From assembly GCA_946965045.2 (NCBI GenBank), contig OX337242.1, forward strand, positions 1,302,001 to 1,366,000: 64,000 nt of DNA, read 5' to 3'. The notes beneath the pieces were generated by a model. The model saw only the letters and a program-made list of their open reading frames with translations. It did not search any database and had not been told where the DNA came from. Shown one piece after another: positions 9,702 to 20,429 of this stretch. Each line of letters starts with the position of its first letter. Within the stretch, counting starts at the first letter, position 1. This DNA is from Epithemia pelagica (lineage: Eukaryota > Protista > Bacillariophyta). Position numbers and translations under genes: made by a program.

Positions 9702-11078
9702 TCAATCACTTTTATCTGGCCTTGCTTGGTTTCGAGCTCGTCCAATCAGCTCCAGGGCCGATGGAGGAATCAGGCTTGTTGCAAGGACTAAAGGCTGAGC
9801 AGCCGGTTCGTCCAAACCCATTTGTTCGTACTCTTGGTTTTTTTCCAGTCCATACCGGTATGTCAAACAGTCGTAAGCCCATGCGGCCGCACCATTTTCC
9901 GCCGCACGTTTGGTCGCAAACCAAATCAAACCAGTGGCTTGTTCACATGTGGCGGTGAAATCCCCTGCCCTGCGTCCATCGACCCAATATTCGTTTCCGT
10001 AGCGCCCCGACGGAAAGCATTCCCCCGTCCTAGGATCCACAAAAACACAGGAAAACCGCTTTTCGTGGTCTCGTTTTCCATCGTCAAACGTTATGTAGTC
10101 CGATCCCTTGGGATAAGAGCGATAGCGCTTGGAACACCACGAGTAAAGTGCTCCTTTGGGAGCATGTGCTTGTTTGGGCGGAACGGGGATTTTCTCTGGG
10201 TGTGGATTTTCTTTCTTAATGGGAGCAGCGGTAGCAGACGGGGGAAGAATGCTCTTCTTCGTGTTGTCATGGCTTTGATACACTTTGGGTTTCTTCTCTG
10301 TTCTGTTTTTAGTGGAGGAATGAAACTGGGGATCCCCCTCCGAGGCGGTCTTAGCTGAGAATCCGGGTGGTACTGGGATAGAGGTTTTGATGTCCTTGGG
10401 CTTGGACGGATCATCGGCGAGTGACAGTTGCTTTTCTGGAATGGGAGACGCGTCCGTGTCGCCGGGGCTTTGACGAGCAGTATTCTTCGTTTCTGTCATG
10501 AACTTCTTGGTGGAACGAAACTGGGAATCCTTCTCTGAAGCGTCTTTGGCAGAGAATTCAGGTGCGACTGGGGAAGTGGTTGTCATGTCCTTGCGTTTGG
10601 ACGGAACCGTTAGTTTCTCGGTGAGTAGCTGTCGCGTTTCTGGTATGGGAGTAGCGCAGGGTGCTGGTGGGGATGGAATATTCTGGTCCATAACGCTCTG
10701 GCTCCCCTTGTTCTTCGTCTCTGTCATGTATTCCTTGAAGGAATGATGTTTGGAATCCCCCGACGCGACCATGGTGGAGAATCCGGGTGGGGCTGGGAGC
10801 GTGGTAGTAATCACGCGGTTGGACGCCGCTACCGACGGTTGAGACGGTAATGTATTGTCCCCTCTGGACATGTCCCCTTTATGGACTTGAAGTTGATGCC
10901 GACGTTCGTGTTGAGACAGCGATTCCGAAACAACCTTGTCTGAGTCATCGACTTCCTCGTTTACCATCTTCAGTGCTGTTTCAGTGGATGGATTCGACAC
11001 TTTCGGTGATGCTCCCTCGTTTTCCAAATTACTGCCTTCTGCAGAAGCTACAGGTGTGGGACATTCGGAACTTGTCAT
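9702..11078 (-). CDS. Protein with internal repeats and C-terminal dsRBD-like domain (copy C, domain ~9852-10160)
   Basis: 458-aa ORF with three P(P/E)xFS...TETKN-type repeats. C-terminal PKGALYSW...YITF...HEKRFSCVFVDP.TGECFPSGRYG...WFATKRAAENGAAAWAYDCL. Confidence 0.72.
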   Translation of the reverse strand: MTSSECPTPVASAEGSNLENEGASPKVSNPSTETALKMVNEEVDDSDKVVSESLSQHERRHQLQVHKGDMSRGDNTLPSQPSVAASNRVITTTLPAPPGFSTMVASGDSKHHSFKEYMTETKNKGSQSVMDQNIPSPPAPCATPIPETRQLLTEKLTVPSKRKDMTTTSPVAPEFSAKDASEKDSQFRSTKKFMTETKNTARQSPGDTDASPIPEKQLSLADDPSKPKDIKTSIPVPPGFSAKTASEGDPQFHSSTKNRTEKKPKVYQSHDNTKKSILPPSATAAPIKKENPHPEKIPVPPKQAHAPKGALYSWCSKRYRSYPKGSDYITFDDGKRDHEKRFSCVFVDPRTGECFPSGRYGNEYWVDGRRAGDFTATCEQATGLIWFATKRAAENGAAAWAYDCLTYRYGLEKNQEYEQMGLDEPAAQPLVLATSLIPPSALELIGRARNQARPDKSD

Positions 11079-11614
11079 GAATACGCCTCCAGCTCCTTCG
11101 GTCTGAATGATGAGCGATGATATTCGACAGATTGACCTACAAACGTGGTCGGTTCGGACTTTTGAGTAAAGCGTGTCAACTCATCAAGAAGTTTTTCAGT
11201 GAAGGTCGCACCGTGAGAGAGTTGCTCCCAAAACCAGTACCACAAGTCCCTTGTGGTTTCTCGAGTTTCTTTATTGACTAGAAGGTCGGCATCACGCAAG
11301 AAGGATGACAAGCGTCGTAGTACCAACGTTCAAAATAGCATTAAGGAAATCGTTGGCAATACCTGCGAATAAGCGCACCGTCACTAGCAGTCTTTAGATC
11401 TCGTCCTACCTCGCAAAGCTGCCTAGACGAAAGAACGGTAGAATGAGGAACAAGTGAATTTCCGTGTCATTCACGCGTCGACAGACAGTCCAAGTTGTGT
11501 AGCATTACTGAATAATTTTGACAGCGCTGTGTAGCATAGCTGTCAGCAGTCAATCGAAAAGGACTTTTGTCCTCCATAAGTCTTTGTCGGAAGACCAGTG
11601 ACAATAATTTTCAT

Positions 11615-14600
11615 CTATTTCGCTTCGTACCAAGTCTGGCAATCATGAGAGCCATCGACGAGTAGCGGCACAGATGTTGGATTGAGACCGTAAGTCCACG
11701 GGTTTTCCATGCACTGAACAACTTCTTTGAATGCTTCTTCAGCGGTTTCTTCCGGACCTTCCAAAATGACTTCGTCGTGAATCTGAAGCAATAGAATCCA
11801 TCCCAGATCCTTGAGTTTCTGAGAGTTGTTGATTTTATTCATGGCCATCATCACCACATCGGCCGCACCGCCTTGGATCGGCGTATTGATGGATGCCCGT
11901 TCCACACCTCCAATGGTACGCCAATCAGTGTTTCTTGCCTTTGGCAAGTGCCGGTATCGTCCCATGAGAGTCCTTGTGTAACCAAATTTTCGGGCTGTTG
12001 CTTTGGTAGCCTTTTGCCATTTTTCGACCTCCCACCGAGCGGCGTACCACTTCTTGACGATGTTTTCTGCTTCCTGTTGCGACACACCCCAGTCTTTGCT
12101 GAGTCCATGTGCCGTCTTGCCATACGCAATGGAGAAATTCAAAGTTTTGGCTTTTCTTCGTTCCGAAGCGAACTCGTCCTTCAGTAGTGGTTTCGGTGCT
12201 TTGCCTTTGGTAGAATCCCATTCCAACAAAACTTCACCACTATCCACCTTTTTGCGAATGTAATCAAACATATCCAACGCAGTTCGGGAATGAAAGTCAC
12301 CACCAGACAAAAAGGCATCTATCATCGATTTGCACTCTGTCAGGCTGGCCAAAATCCGAAGCTCTAGCTGTCCGTAGTCAGCCACAATCAGGTTATTTCC
12401 GGGAGACGAACAAAAGGCTTTTCGGATTTTGTACTTGTCTTTTTCCAATGCCGGTTGATTTTGTAGGTTAGGACGTCGTGAGGATAAACGGCCAGTCTCC
12501 GTATTTAGATTCAGACCGCAATGAACACGGCTATCCTTATCAGCTGAATCTTGCAAGCTGGTCAAGAAATTGGAAATCATTGTATCGATAGAACCAATCG
12601 AGCACAAACTGAAGAGTGCTTTGCAGCCTTCCTCTCCAACCAAATCATAAGCCTAAAAGAGACGAGAATACCAAAAAGTGAGATTCAGGCTTGTCCACAT
12701 CAATTTGCCAAGCATTTCACGAGGACAATCGACGTACCTCTCCTCGTTTGGGGGGATCGGCAAAGGGATCCCCTGCAAGTTTTCGGAGCACGTCCGCAGT
12801 GACACTGGGAGATCCCCCTACAGTTTGTTTGGTAGGCTCGAGGGCTTTTACTTGCCCGTTTGGGGATTTTTCTTTCATGAGCTCTTGCAAGCTAATGACT
12901 TCCAATTCAAAGTGTTTGGGGGGAGGTTTTGGTTCCGCTGGTCGTGACTCTAAATAATCTGCCACCATTGTCCCGGACTTGCGGGCTATGTCGGCCATGG
13001 CTCCTGCAACCTCAGCGGGTGAATCATATTCTCCCATCAATCCTTTATAGAGCTTCATTTGTTGCTTGTACTCTTTTTCCATTTCTTCGCGCGGACAACC
13101 ATCCACCACCCTTATACTATAGGCCGTCAAGGCGTCTTTCAGGTCTTTGTCTGACATTTCTTTTATGGCTTTGGGTTCATTCTCTTGCTCTTGTGTTTGC
13201 GTTTTCAGTGACTTTATAAAGTGTTCTAACAACCGGGCTTGCAACTCCGACTTTTTGCCGCTGACTTTCAGGCGGTGATGTTTGCAATCTTGTTTCAATT
13301 CGGCCACCTTACTATTCTGAAGTTTTTCGTTCAATTTGGCAATGGTTTTGTCAAAGTCACTGAGTTCGTCTGAATGAATATAATAATGAGGAAATACAAA
13401 ACAAAGCAGTATCGTGAGGCAAACCAGTGGGACTCTAGGCAAGGTGAACCCATTTTCAAAGCGAGACGCACCATTCTGTTGCGCCGAAATGCCTTCTTGC
13501 TCTTGACGTTCTCGTTCCAGTTGCTCTTCATGGGCATCCAAGGCTTCTTGTGGAATTTCCGTTCGCGGAACGGTAAAGATGCGTCGTGTCTCCAAGGTGG
13601 TTTGTCCCGTTTTTCCAGTTTTGCATCCTCCAAACAAAAAGGTTTGCAACTGCGCCGACGAGGCTGGATTCAAGGCGAGACCATGCGCTCGTTTTTCGGG
13701 CGGATACAGGCTCGCCACCCAATTGCGAAAGGTGGATTCGTGATAGTGTCGATCCTGTCGGGCCGTTTGTTCGACCGAGGCCAAGTAATCCTTGGCATCG
13801 ACGCGGATTCCGCGACGTTCCATGTCCGTCAAGACTTGTCCAAAGGGACGCATATGCATCCAATAATAATCCCACATGGTCTTGTCTTCAATCCATTCGT
13901 ACGACAGCTTGTCTTCAAAAGCGTCCGACAGTTGTCGGCCCGACAGCAAGTCTTTGAGGACTCGTCGCAATTCCCACGTCATGCGAGCATCCTTGGCGGA
14001 ATATTCAATCCATTTGGTTCGATGCGCGGGATCGCGTTGCAGCACTTCAACGGGTGGTACCAACTTGACTTTGCCATCGGTCCCATCTTTGCGTTTTTTG
14101 GGTACTCCAAAAATTTCCTTCATGTTGGTTTTGCGATCATCGGCGGTTTCTCCACTGGTCTTTCCATCCGCAGTGGATGTTTGGTTGTCCATCGGTTGGT
14201 CACTCGACGACGTTTGTTCCTCGGGGTTGGCCAACAAGAGTGTCGTCAGTCGTTCCAAGGAATATTGGATGCGACTGGTATTTTGCAATCGCGCCATGTG
14301 CATGGTATCTCCTCCAAAGCCTTGAACGTCAATGCCTTCGTTCCACAAGACGTGTCGATCAAAGCCAACATTGTGCCAGACTTTGAGAAAGCGATCATCT
14401 TCCAACCAGTCCTTAAATTCCATCAAAATACCACAGGCATCGTCCAAATTGTCAATCCACAAGGTTGTGCCCGGTCCATCGCCCAAACCATAATCAAAAT
14501 CCGGTCCGGCATACATGGAAAGACAGGTGACGTAGCCATTGCCGACGGGACCTTGTTGCTTGATATCAATTTCCATGACTTCGGTATCACAGGCATGAGA

Positions 14601-15725
14601 CATGGATTGACTGTGCGCACTAAAGAGTTGTTGCAAGACGATTTGCGCTTGTTCCTGGGTGCGTACAATCGTGACATTGGGAGGCGCAGGCACGGCAGTG
14701 ACATCGAAATAGCCATCGTCGCCCGGTCCCAATCGAATCAAGGGATCCAATTTTTCTTTGGTATCTTGCGATCGACGACCAAAGTCCTTGGCCCATTTCA
14801 AGGGATTTTGAACATTCCAATTGCCATTGGGTTTGGGACGACTGGTAACCCCCCTGCTATGCAAATACTCTTCCACCTCGGTTTCATCCATTTCGGGTTG
14901 GTCGGATGAAAAGGAGGAGGATGCGACATGGTCAATCGAGTGGTGGGGTGGTTCGTCCTCTACGACTACGGCCGGAGGGAAGATGGGGGGTACGGTTTCC
15001 TCGGGCCGTAAGGATGCCGCCGACGACGATGACGACGAGGGAGGAAGTTCATCCTCTGCCTCTAGTTCGTGAATCGATTCCATGAAATCCTCCCCATACT
15101 CCTCCTCTGGATCCACAACTACAGTGGAGGAGGAGGGTTGAGGGAGGGTCGAACTCCAGGCCACGCGGTCACTGGTATGATTCTTCCAGGTTGTCGGTGA
15201 TGGTGGACCGAGGACGGAAGACGAAGAAGAAGAACTTTGGAATGGCAATGGTTGTGCTCCTAGCAACGTCCGTTTTCGGATTCGTCTTGGATTTCTGTTC
15301 CCGAACTGTCGTTTGGAACCGTCCCAGGAACATGTTCCCAGGCATTGCATCCCCAGGACAGTGTTCTGCTGGCGACCATACCGAGTGGTGCACCGTAGTA
15401 GTGGAACCACCATGGTTGTGGTTGTTGTTGGTTGTGTGGTCCTCCTCCGGAAACGTTGCTGGACAAATGCTGGTGTTGGAGCTGCAGCAAGGACCGGAAC
15501 GGACGACAAACTTGCCACCAAAACTCCAAGAAGCAACAGGACGAGACGGCTGTCGAACCAACCACAAGAAGCAAAAGCAAAAGATTGTCTTGGTGAACGA
15601 TGACAATCTCTGCGTCGTGGATGACAACGACGACGACAAAACGTGGAGGAACTTGACGACGACGACGACGGGTTTTGTTGTAAAGGAAGAAGAAAGGATC
15701 GTGGACGACGCCGTTGTCTCGTCAT
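11615..15725 (-). CDS. POP: Organellar family-A DNA polymerase (POP / Pol I-like) with 3-5 exonuclease; exons 13472-15725, 12738-13369, 11615-12652
   Basis: Exonuclease motifs HACDTEV, WHNVGFDRH and YSAKDA; polymerase motifs ETGRLSSRRPNLQN, ADYGQLELR, RRKAKTLNFSIAYG, INTPIQGGAAD and QIHDE. GT-AG introns at 13370-13471 (102 bp, in frame) and 12653-12737 (85 bp). N-terminal hydrophobic signal followed by AFV resembles a diatom plastid-targeting leader. Confidence 0.93.
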
Positions 15726-16353
15726 GCTCGGATTTTTGGGTGGTGCGTCTTTGGGGGCGGTGGAGGAGGTGCGGGGAGGAGAGTTGTTGTGTGGTGTCTG
15801 TCAGCTGCCTTTCGTGTTGAGCAATGACTACTTAGCTTTAATTAATTGTAATTCATTCAATCAATTATCTACAATTTGAGCTTAGCCACGCTGGAGTGTC
15901 TGAAAAAATGGAAAATTCCCTTCTGTCCTCCCTCTTCAGATCCAGAGGTTTATAACCACCCCCATCATATGGTCTACCTAGACCATGGCGATGGCGCACT
16001 ATGCAACAACAAGGTTGGGAGAAACTCAGCCCACCATTCGACTTTTATCCATAGGGACGGACAAGTGCTCTTTTACTCTACATCAGTAATAGTAGAGAAA
16101 CTAGGTAGAATCCATGGGCAAAACACATTTGTTTGGGAAACAATAATTGTTCCATGCTATTATCTTGTAGTGCACTGTCTTTTGTTGCTTTGAGACTCTA
16201 CTTCTTCTAATTGACCAAAGATTCCGAATCGAAAGCGTACAAACACATTCCTGTGCTTCGTGTCCACCGAGTGCCGTGCCAGCAGGCACGATCCGTTCCA
16301 TGGAAACACATATACAAACACACACACACACGCACACACACGCAAACACACTC

Positions 16354-17175
16354 TCATCGTCTGGTCGGTGGGACTTGTTCCAGGACCACTTCATCGTCAT
16401 CCTGGTCGTGGTCCGAGTAGTGGTCCACTTCCTGTTCGTCCACCATTACACCATTGGCCAACAAGGCCTGTTTCAATTCCTCTTCGGACATGTCGTCCAT
16501 GGCTCGCACCTGCTCCAAGAGGCCTTGTTGCAAGTCGGCATTCATGTCCGTGTTGTTGGCCAGTGCTTGTGCCAACGCCTCCATGCGGTCGTCATTGTCA
16601 TTGTCGTCGTGTGGCAGTCCTTCCCCTTCCAAGTCCTCGTCGCCAATCTCCAGGGAAATTCCACATGGTTCTTTTGGTTCTGGTTCGTGCCGTGTGGGTG
16701 GTGGTGCTTGAGATGACGACGACTGAAGGTGTGCCGCATACGCATCGCGCAATCGATGTTGCAAGACCGACTTTTTGCCCTGGGAATTCAACCCCCATTG
16801 GTGACATGTGTGTTTCAGATCGGCCACCGAACTGCTCATCCAGTGTTCGTCCCAGGCCGCCAATTGTCGTTCGTACTGGTGGTCCCTGTTGTTGTTGTTG
16901 TTGTTGTTGTTATCATCGTGGAGGGTGGCTTTGCTGCTGCTGCTCTTACGACGATGATGACGTTTGGTACTACTGCTACTGAACCAGGATACCAACGACA
17001 ACGACGACAGGCCACTCCTGGAGGAGGGCGCAGCAGTGAGTCGTTTGCTGGGATCGTCCACCATCCACCCAACGAGGGGAGCGGAACACGAGGAACGACC
17101 TTGTGGTTGTCGAAGACTCTGACAAACCGTTGTCTGGAGTGGCATCCAGCCGGAACGCAACCGACAAAGAACCAT
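16354..17175 (-). CDS. SAP-domain protein with Arg/Ser-rich transit-peptide-like N-terminus and acidic tail
   Basis: 273-aa ATG ORF. SVADLKHTCHQWGLNSQGKKSVLQHRL fits the SAP consensus; a second helix-like DMSEEELKQALLANGV is near the C-terminus. Confidence 0.6.
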   Translation of the reverse strand: MVLCRLRSGWMPLQTTVCQSLRQPQGRSSCSAPLVGWMVDDPSKRLTAAPSSRSGLSSLSLVSWFSSSSTKRHHRRKSSSSKATLHDDNNNNNNNNRDHQYERQLAAWDEHWMSSSVADLKHTCHQWGLNSQGKKSVLQHRLRDAYAAHLQSSSSQAPPPTRHEPEPKEPCGISLEIGDEDLEGEGLPHDDNDNDDRMEALAQALANNTDMNADLQQGLLEQVRAMDDMSEEELKQALLANGVMVDEQEVDHYSDHDQDDDEVVLEQVPPTRR

Positions 17176-17989
17176 GGTCGACCAACAGCTAGGTAATAAG
17201 ATGAGAGAAACAAAGATTGACTCAAAGATACCCTATTGTCCGTCCGTCCGTCCGTCCGTCGTAAAGGCTAGCACTGCTAGCCCTCCAATCGACGGGTCGA
17301 CTCCCATCAGTATCATGTACTACTCCCCAACGGTTTAGTTAGTCGAGTCTGATCCCATAAAAATAGTGGAGTTCGATCATAGTGAAGAATGCGAGTCTAT
17401 CACGATCGGAGTTACAGAGACTCTCTCGGACCACCAACGATTCCCTCATCCTTCGATGATTATTTTTTTTTTGTCGAGCGTCGAGAGGCCTCATACGATT
17501 AGATTGAACGAGTGTTGTTTGTGGTTGCGAACGAACTATTCCCCAACAGCAAGCAAGCGCACGGTGTGTGTGCTTGTGAAACGCACAACAACCCCGCACC
17601 AACTGTTGTGAAGAGACGGGATCCACGACGAGACGCGTGCCACAAGAAGCAGTATTTTATCACGTTCTACCATTGGTGGGTGGGTATCCGAATAATAATA
17701 AGAGAGTGGTGGGACTTTGCATCATCATTGAGATTTCCAGGTGAACTTGGAGGGGAATGTGACTTTGCGATTTGGTGCGAAACCCAAAGTAAGCACAACC
17801 ACCAACAACCATTACCACAAACGCAACAACCGTGAATGTTCGCACACGTTTCCTTTCTTTTCCTGTTCCAATCACGATTGCCACTCCACAATCTGGATCC
17901 ATTGGTCTGGTAGTTAGTGGTGGTTGGTGAGAACGACACAACATCCATCCAACGATCCCAAACGACGCAATAACAACCACAACAACGGT

Positions 17990-19678
17990 ATGTCGTACAA
18001 TCGCGGATTTTTGAATCGACCATCTCGGACTGGGAATTCTCAACCACAACAAGGGGTCTTGGGCGATCCTCGATCCGATCGTCGCAGTTGGTCCGAGTAT
18101 TATGGTGGGAACGTTGGTATTAGTGCTAGTTCTTCGTTTCGAGGCGGCGATCGTGATCGTGTGGGAGGAGGAGGAGCTACGGGTCGATCGGTCCCGCTGT
18201 CGTCCAATTGGGGTGCCCTGTCATCCTCCTCACCACCACCCAATAACAACAACAGCAGTACCACAACGACAACCCCCATGGAGACTAGTACCACTTCGTT
18301 TACGACGACGACCAATGTGGTGAAACGGGTCATTGTGGTGGACGCAGCAGCCGGAGCACCACCCACTCCTTCTTCTTTTTCCTCCTCCTCGTCGATTCCC
18401 ACACACACCACTCCAATCAGCAGCAAAGTACCATCATCATCCTCTCCTCCCGATTCGCGATTGCCACCTCGCAAACGACAATACATGCCCATGGAACATG
18501 ATGACGATGTTGTCATGAAGATGAAGGACCAACCATCACCAGTCGTGGTCAAGGCCGAGCCCATGGAAGAAGACGAAGACGACCACAAGACTGTCACGAC
18601 CGCAGCAAGTACACAACCCTCCTTGGCATCGTCGAGTAGTCGAACCACGTCTACCACGACATCCTCTTCCACCTCCTCTGGCGGCCTGTCCCATCCCCTT
18701 GAACCACTCGTGACCCACAAGATTCCTCCCCCGATCAAACAAGGCATGGTTCCCAAGGCGGCCTTGTATACCTGGTGTGGCAAGAGTCGCTTGGTCTTGG
18801 GGGAGGCCAATTACATTACCTGGGACAATGGAGGCCGACCGCATGAAAAACGATATACCAGTGTCTTTTGCCATCCCACGACCGGTGAATGCTTTCCCTC
18901 GCGACGCTATGGACACGACAAGTATTATACCCTTCAAGAACAAGCGGCCGCCGCACCGGACCAAACGACTGCTGCTTCGTCGACCATGATTCAAACCGTT
19001 TGGTATACCAAAAAGGCCTTTGCCGAACATGGTGCGGCGGCCCATGCCTATGATTCCTTGACGCATCGAGTTACATTGGAACAGCAACAACAATTGGCAC
19101 AACGACATGGCCAACAAGGCCGGCCCGTCCTGCAAGTGTATGAACGCATTAGTGATGATCCTCCTCAAGTCCATCCACCGCAACCCACCTGGCATGCGCA
19201 CTTGCCACCCCCGTCCCAAATTCCCGCCGAAGCCTGGCAAAAATTGCAAACGGCCCATGAACAAGCGGCCGCAACACCCGCTCCAGCACCAACCACGACA
19301 GCCACACGAACCATGCCGGCACCCGCGTCCACCACTCCCACGAGTCGCATGACGATGCCACCCCCACCTCCACCCATTCCCCTCCCACCACCGCATTGGT
19401 CTCAACCCGTGCAACGAGGAGGAAGCTCGCAACGATATTTTGCGGCCCCTCCCGAACATCCCAGTCAACAATATCATCATGCGTCCTATTATCATCCTCG
19501 ATCGTCACCACCGAATCACCACCACCAGGATGCGGCACGTGCTCCGCCGCCGCAACAGCAAAAGCCCCGTCGAGGGCCGTCCCAGCAGCCACCACACCCT
19601 GGACGATCGTCGTGGAATACTCCACCCTATCATCCACGGGGTGGTGGTGGTCCGGGGGGTCGTGCTCCGTATTCCTAA
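17990..19678 (+). CDS. Low-complexity protein with central dsRBD-like domain (copy D, domain ~18752-19072)
   Basis: First ATG at 17990. PKAALYTW...YITWDNGGRPHEKRYTSVFCHPTTGECFPSRRYG...WYTKKAFAEHGAAAHAYDSL, flanked by S/T-rich and P/Q/H/RGG-rich disordered tracts. Confidence 0.72.
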   Translation: MSYNRGFLNRPSRTGNSQPQQGVLGDPRSDRRSWSEYYGGNVGISASSSFRGGDRDRVGGGGATGRSVPLSSNWGALSSSSPPPNNNNSSTTTTTPMETSTTSFTTTTNVVKRVIVVDAAAGAPPTPSSFSSSSSIPTHTTPISSKVPSSSSPPDSRLPPRKRQYMPMEHDDDVVMKMKDQPSPVVVKAEPMEEDEDDHKTVTTAASTQPSLASSSSRTTSTTTSSSTSSGGLSHPLEPLVTHKIPPPIKQGMVPKAALYTWCGKSRLVLGEANYITWDNGGRPHEKRYTSVFCHPTTGECFPSRRYGHDKYYTLQEQAAAAPDQTTAASSTMIQTVWYTKKAFAEHGAAAHAYDSLTHRVTLEQQQQLAQRHGQQGRPVLQVYERISDDPPQVHPPQPTWHAHLPPPSQIPAEAWQKLQTAHEQAAATPAPAPTTTATRTMPAPASTTPTSRMTMPPPPPPIPLPPPHWSQPVQRGGSSQRYFAAPPEHPSQQYHHASYYHPRSSPPNHHHQDAARAPPPQQQKPRRGPSQQPPHPGRSSWNTPPYHPRGGGGPGGRAPYS

Positions 19679-20429
19679 GAACCGGGTCTCGAATACCCAA
19701 GGGTTTGGCCACTATGCAACAAACACACGGAACGAGAGTGCGTCCAACACTCTAGCACTCTTCAAAACCGAACAAGGACGAGCATGACCATGACTCTATG
19801 ATAACAACAACAAGTGTGTCAGGAAAAAGGAACCATTTTGTTTGTTCGGGTTTTTGTTTGATTCTCACCTATTATTACTGTGTTTTGCTTTGTGGAGAAA
19901 GATGTACCACATGAAGAAGAAGATGATGATTTTGACACGAGAAGAGAGGAGGAGGAGGAAGATGGTGATGGTGATGATGTTTTTTGTTTGGGTTTTCTGC
20001 GGATCGGGTCTCTTTCTTTCTCGTCTTTTTGTGATTTTGGAACAGTCAACAATTACTCTCGAATGAGTTTCGCTCTTTGTGTTGCAATCACATCTGGAAG
20101 ACTGACTTATGGGAGGAGAAAAACAGCCACATGTGCCTTGGAGGAGGAAAGGACTCGATGGAAAAAAGGCTGTGGTTGGTCTCTCATGTCAGTTTCTGGA
20201 TGTGGTTGGAATCGGAGATGCCCATTGGAGAATGAATGTTGCTTTTTGCAAAACGATAAAACGATAGATAGAGAGGGAGGTTCGGAAACACACCAACATC
20301 AAAACACTAGAGAAGAGAACCACAAAGGCTACACATACACTTGTTTTATAAAGTTTCAAAATAGTGGGTGGCTATGTTGTGTCATTTGGGCTATTGTACG
20401 ACTAGCTCTATGTTGCTTTATTTGGCTCA

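Noticed and set aside
13374-14909. 511-aa plus-strand ORF, and similar long antisense ORFs (61149-62159, 24393-25031, 8561-9256)
   Set aside because: They are antisense shadows of well-supported genes and have no recognisable motifs.
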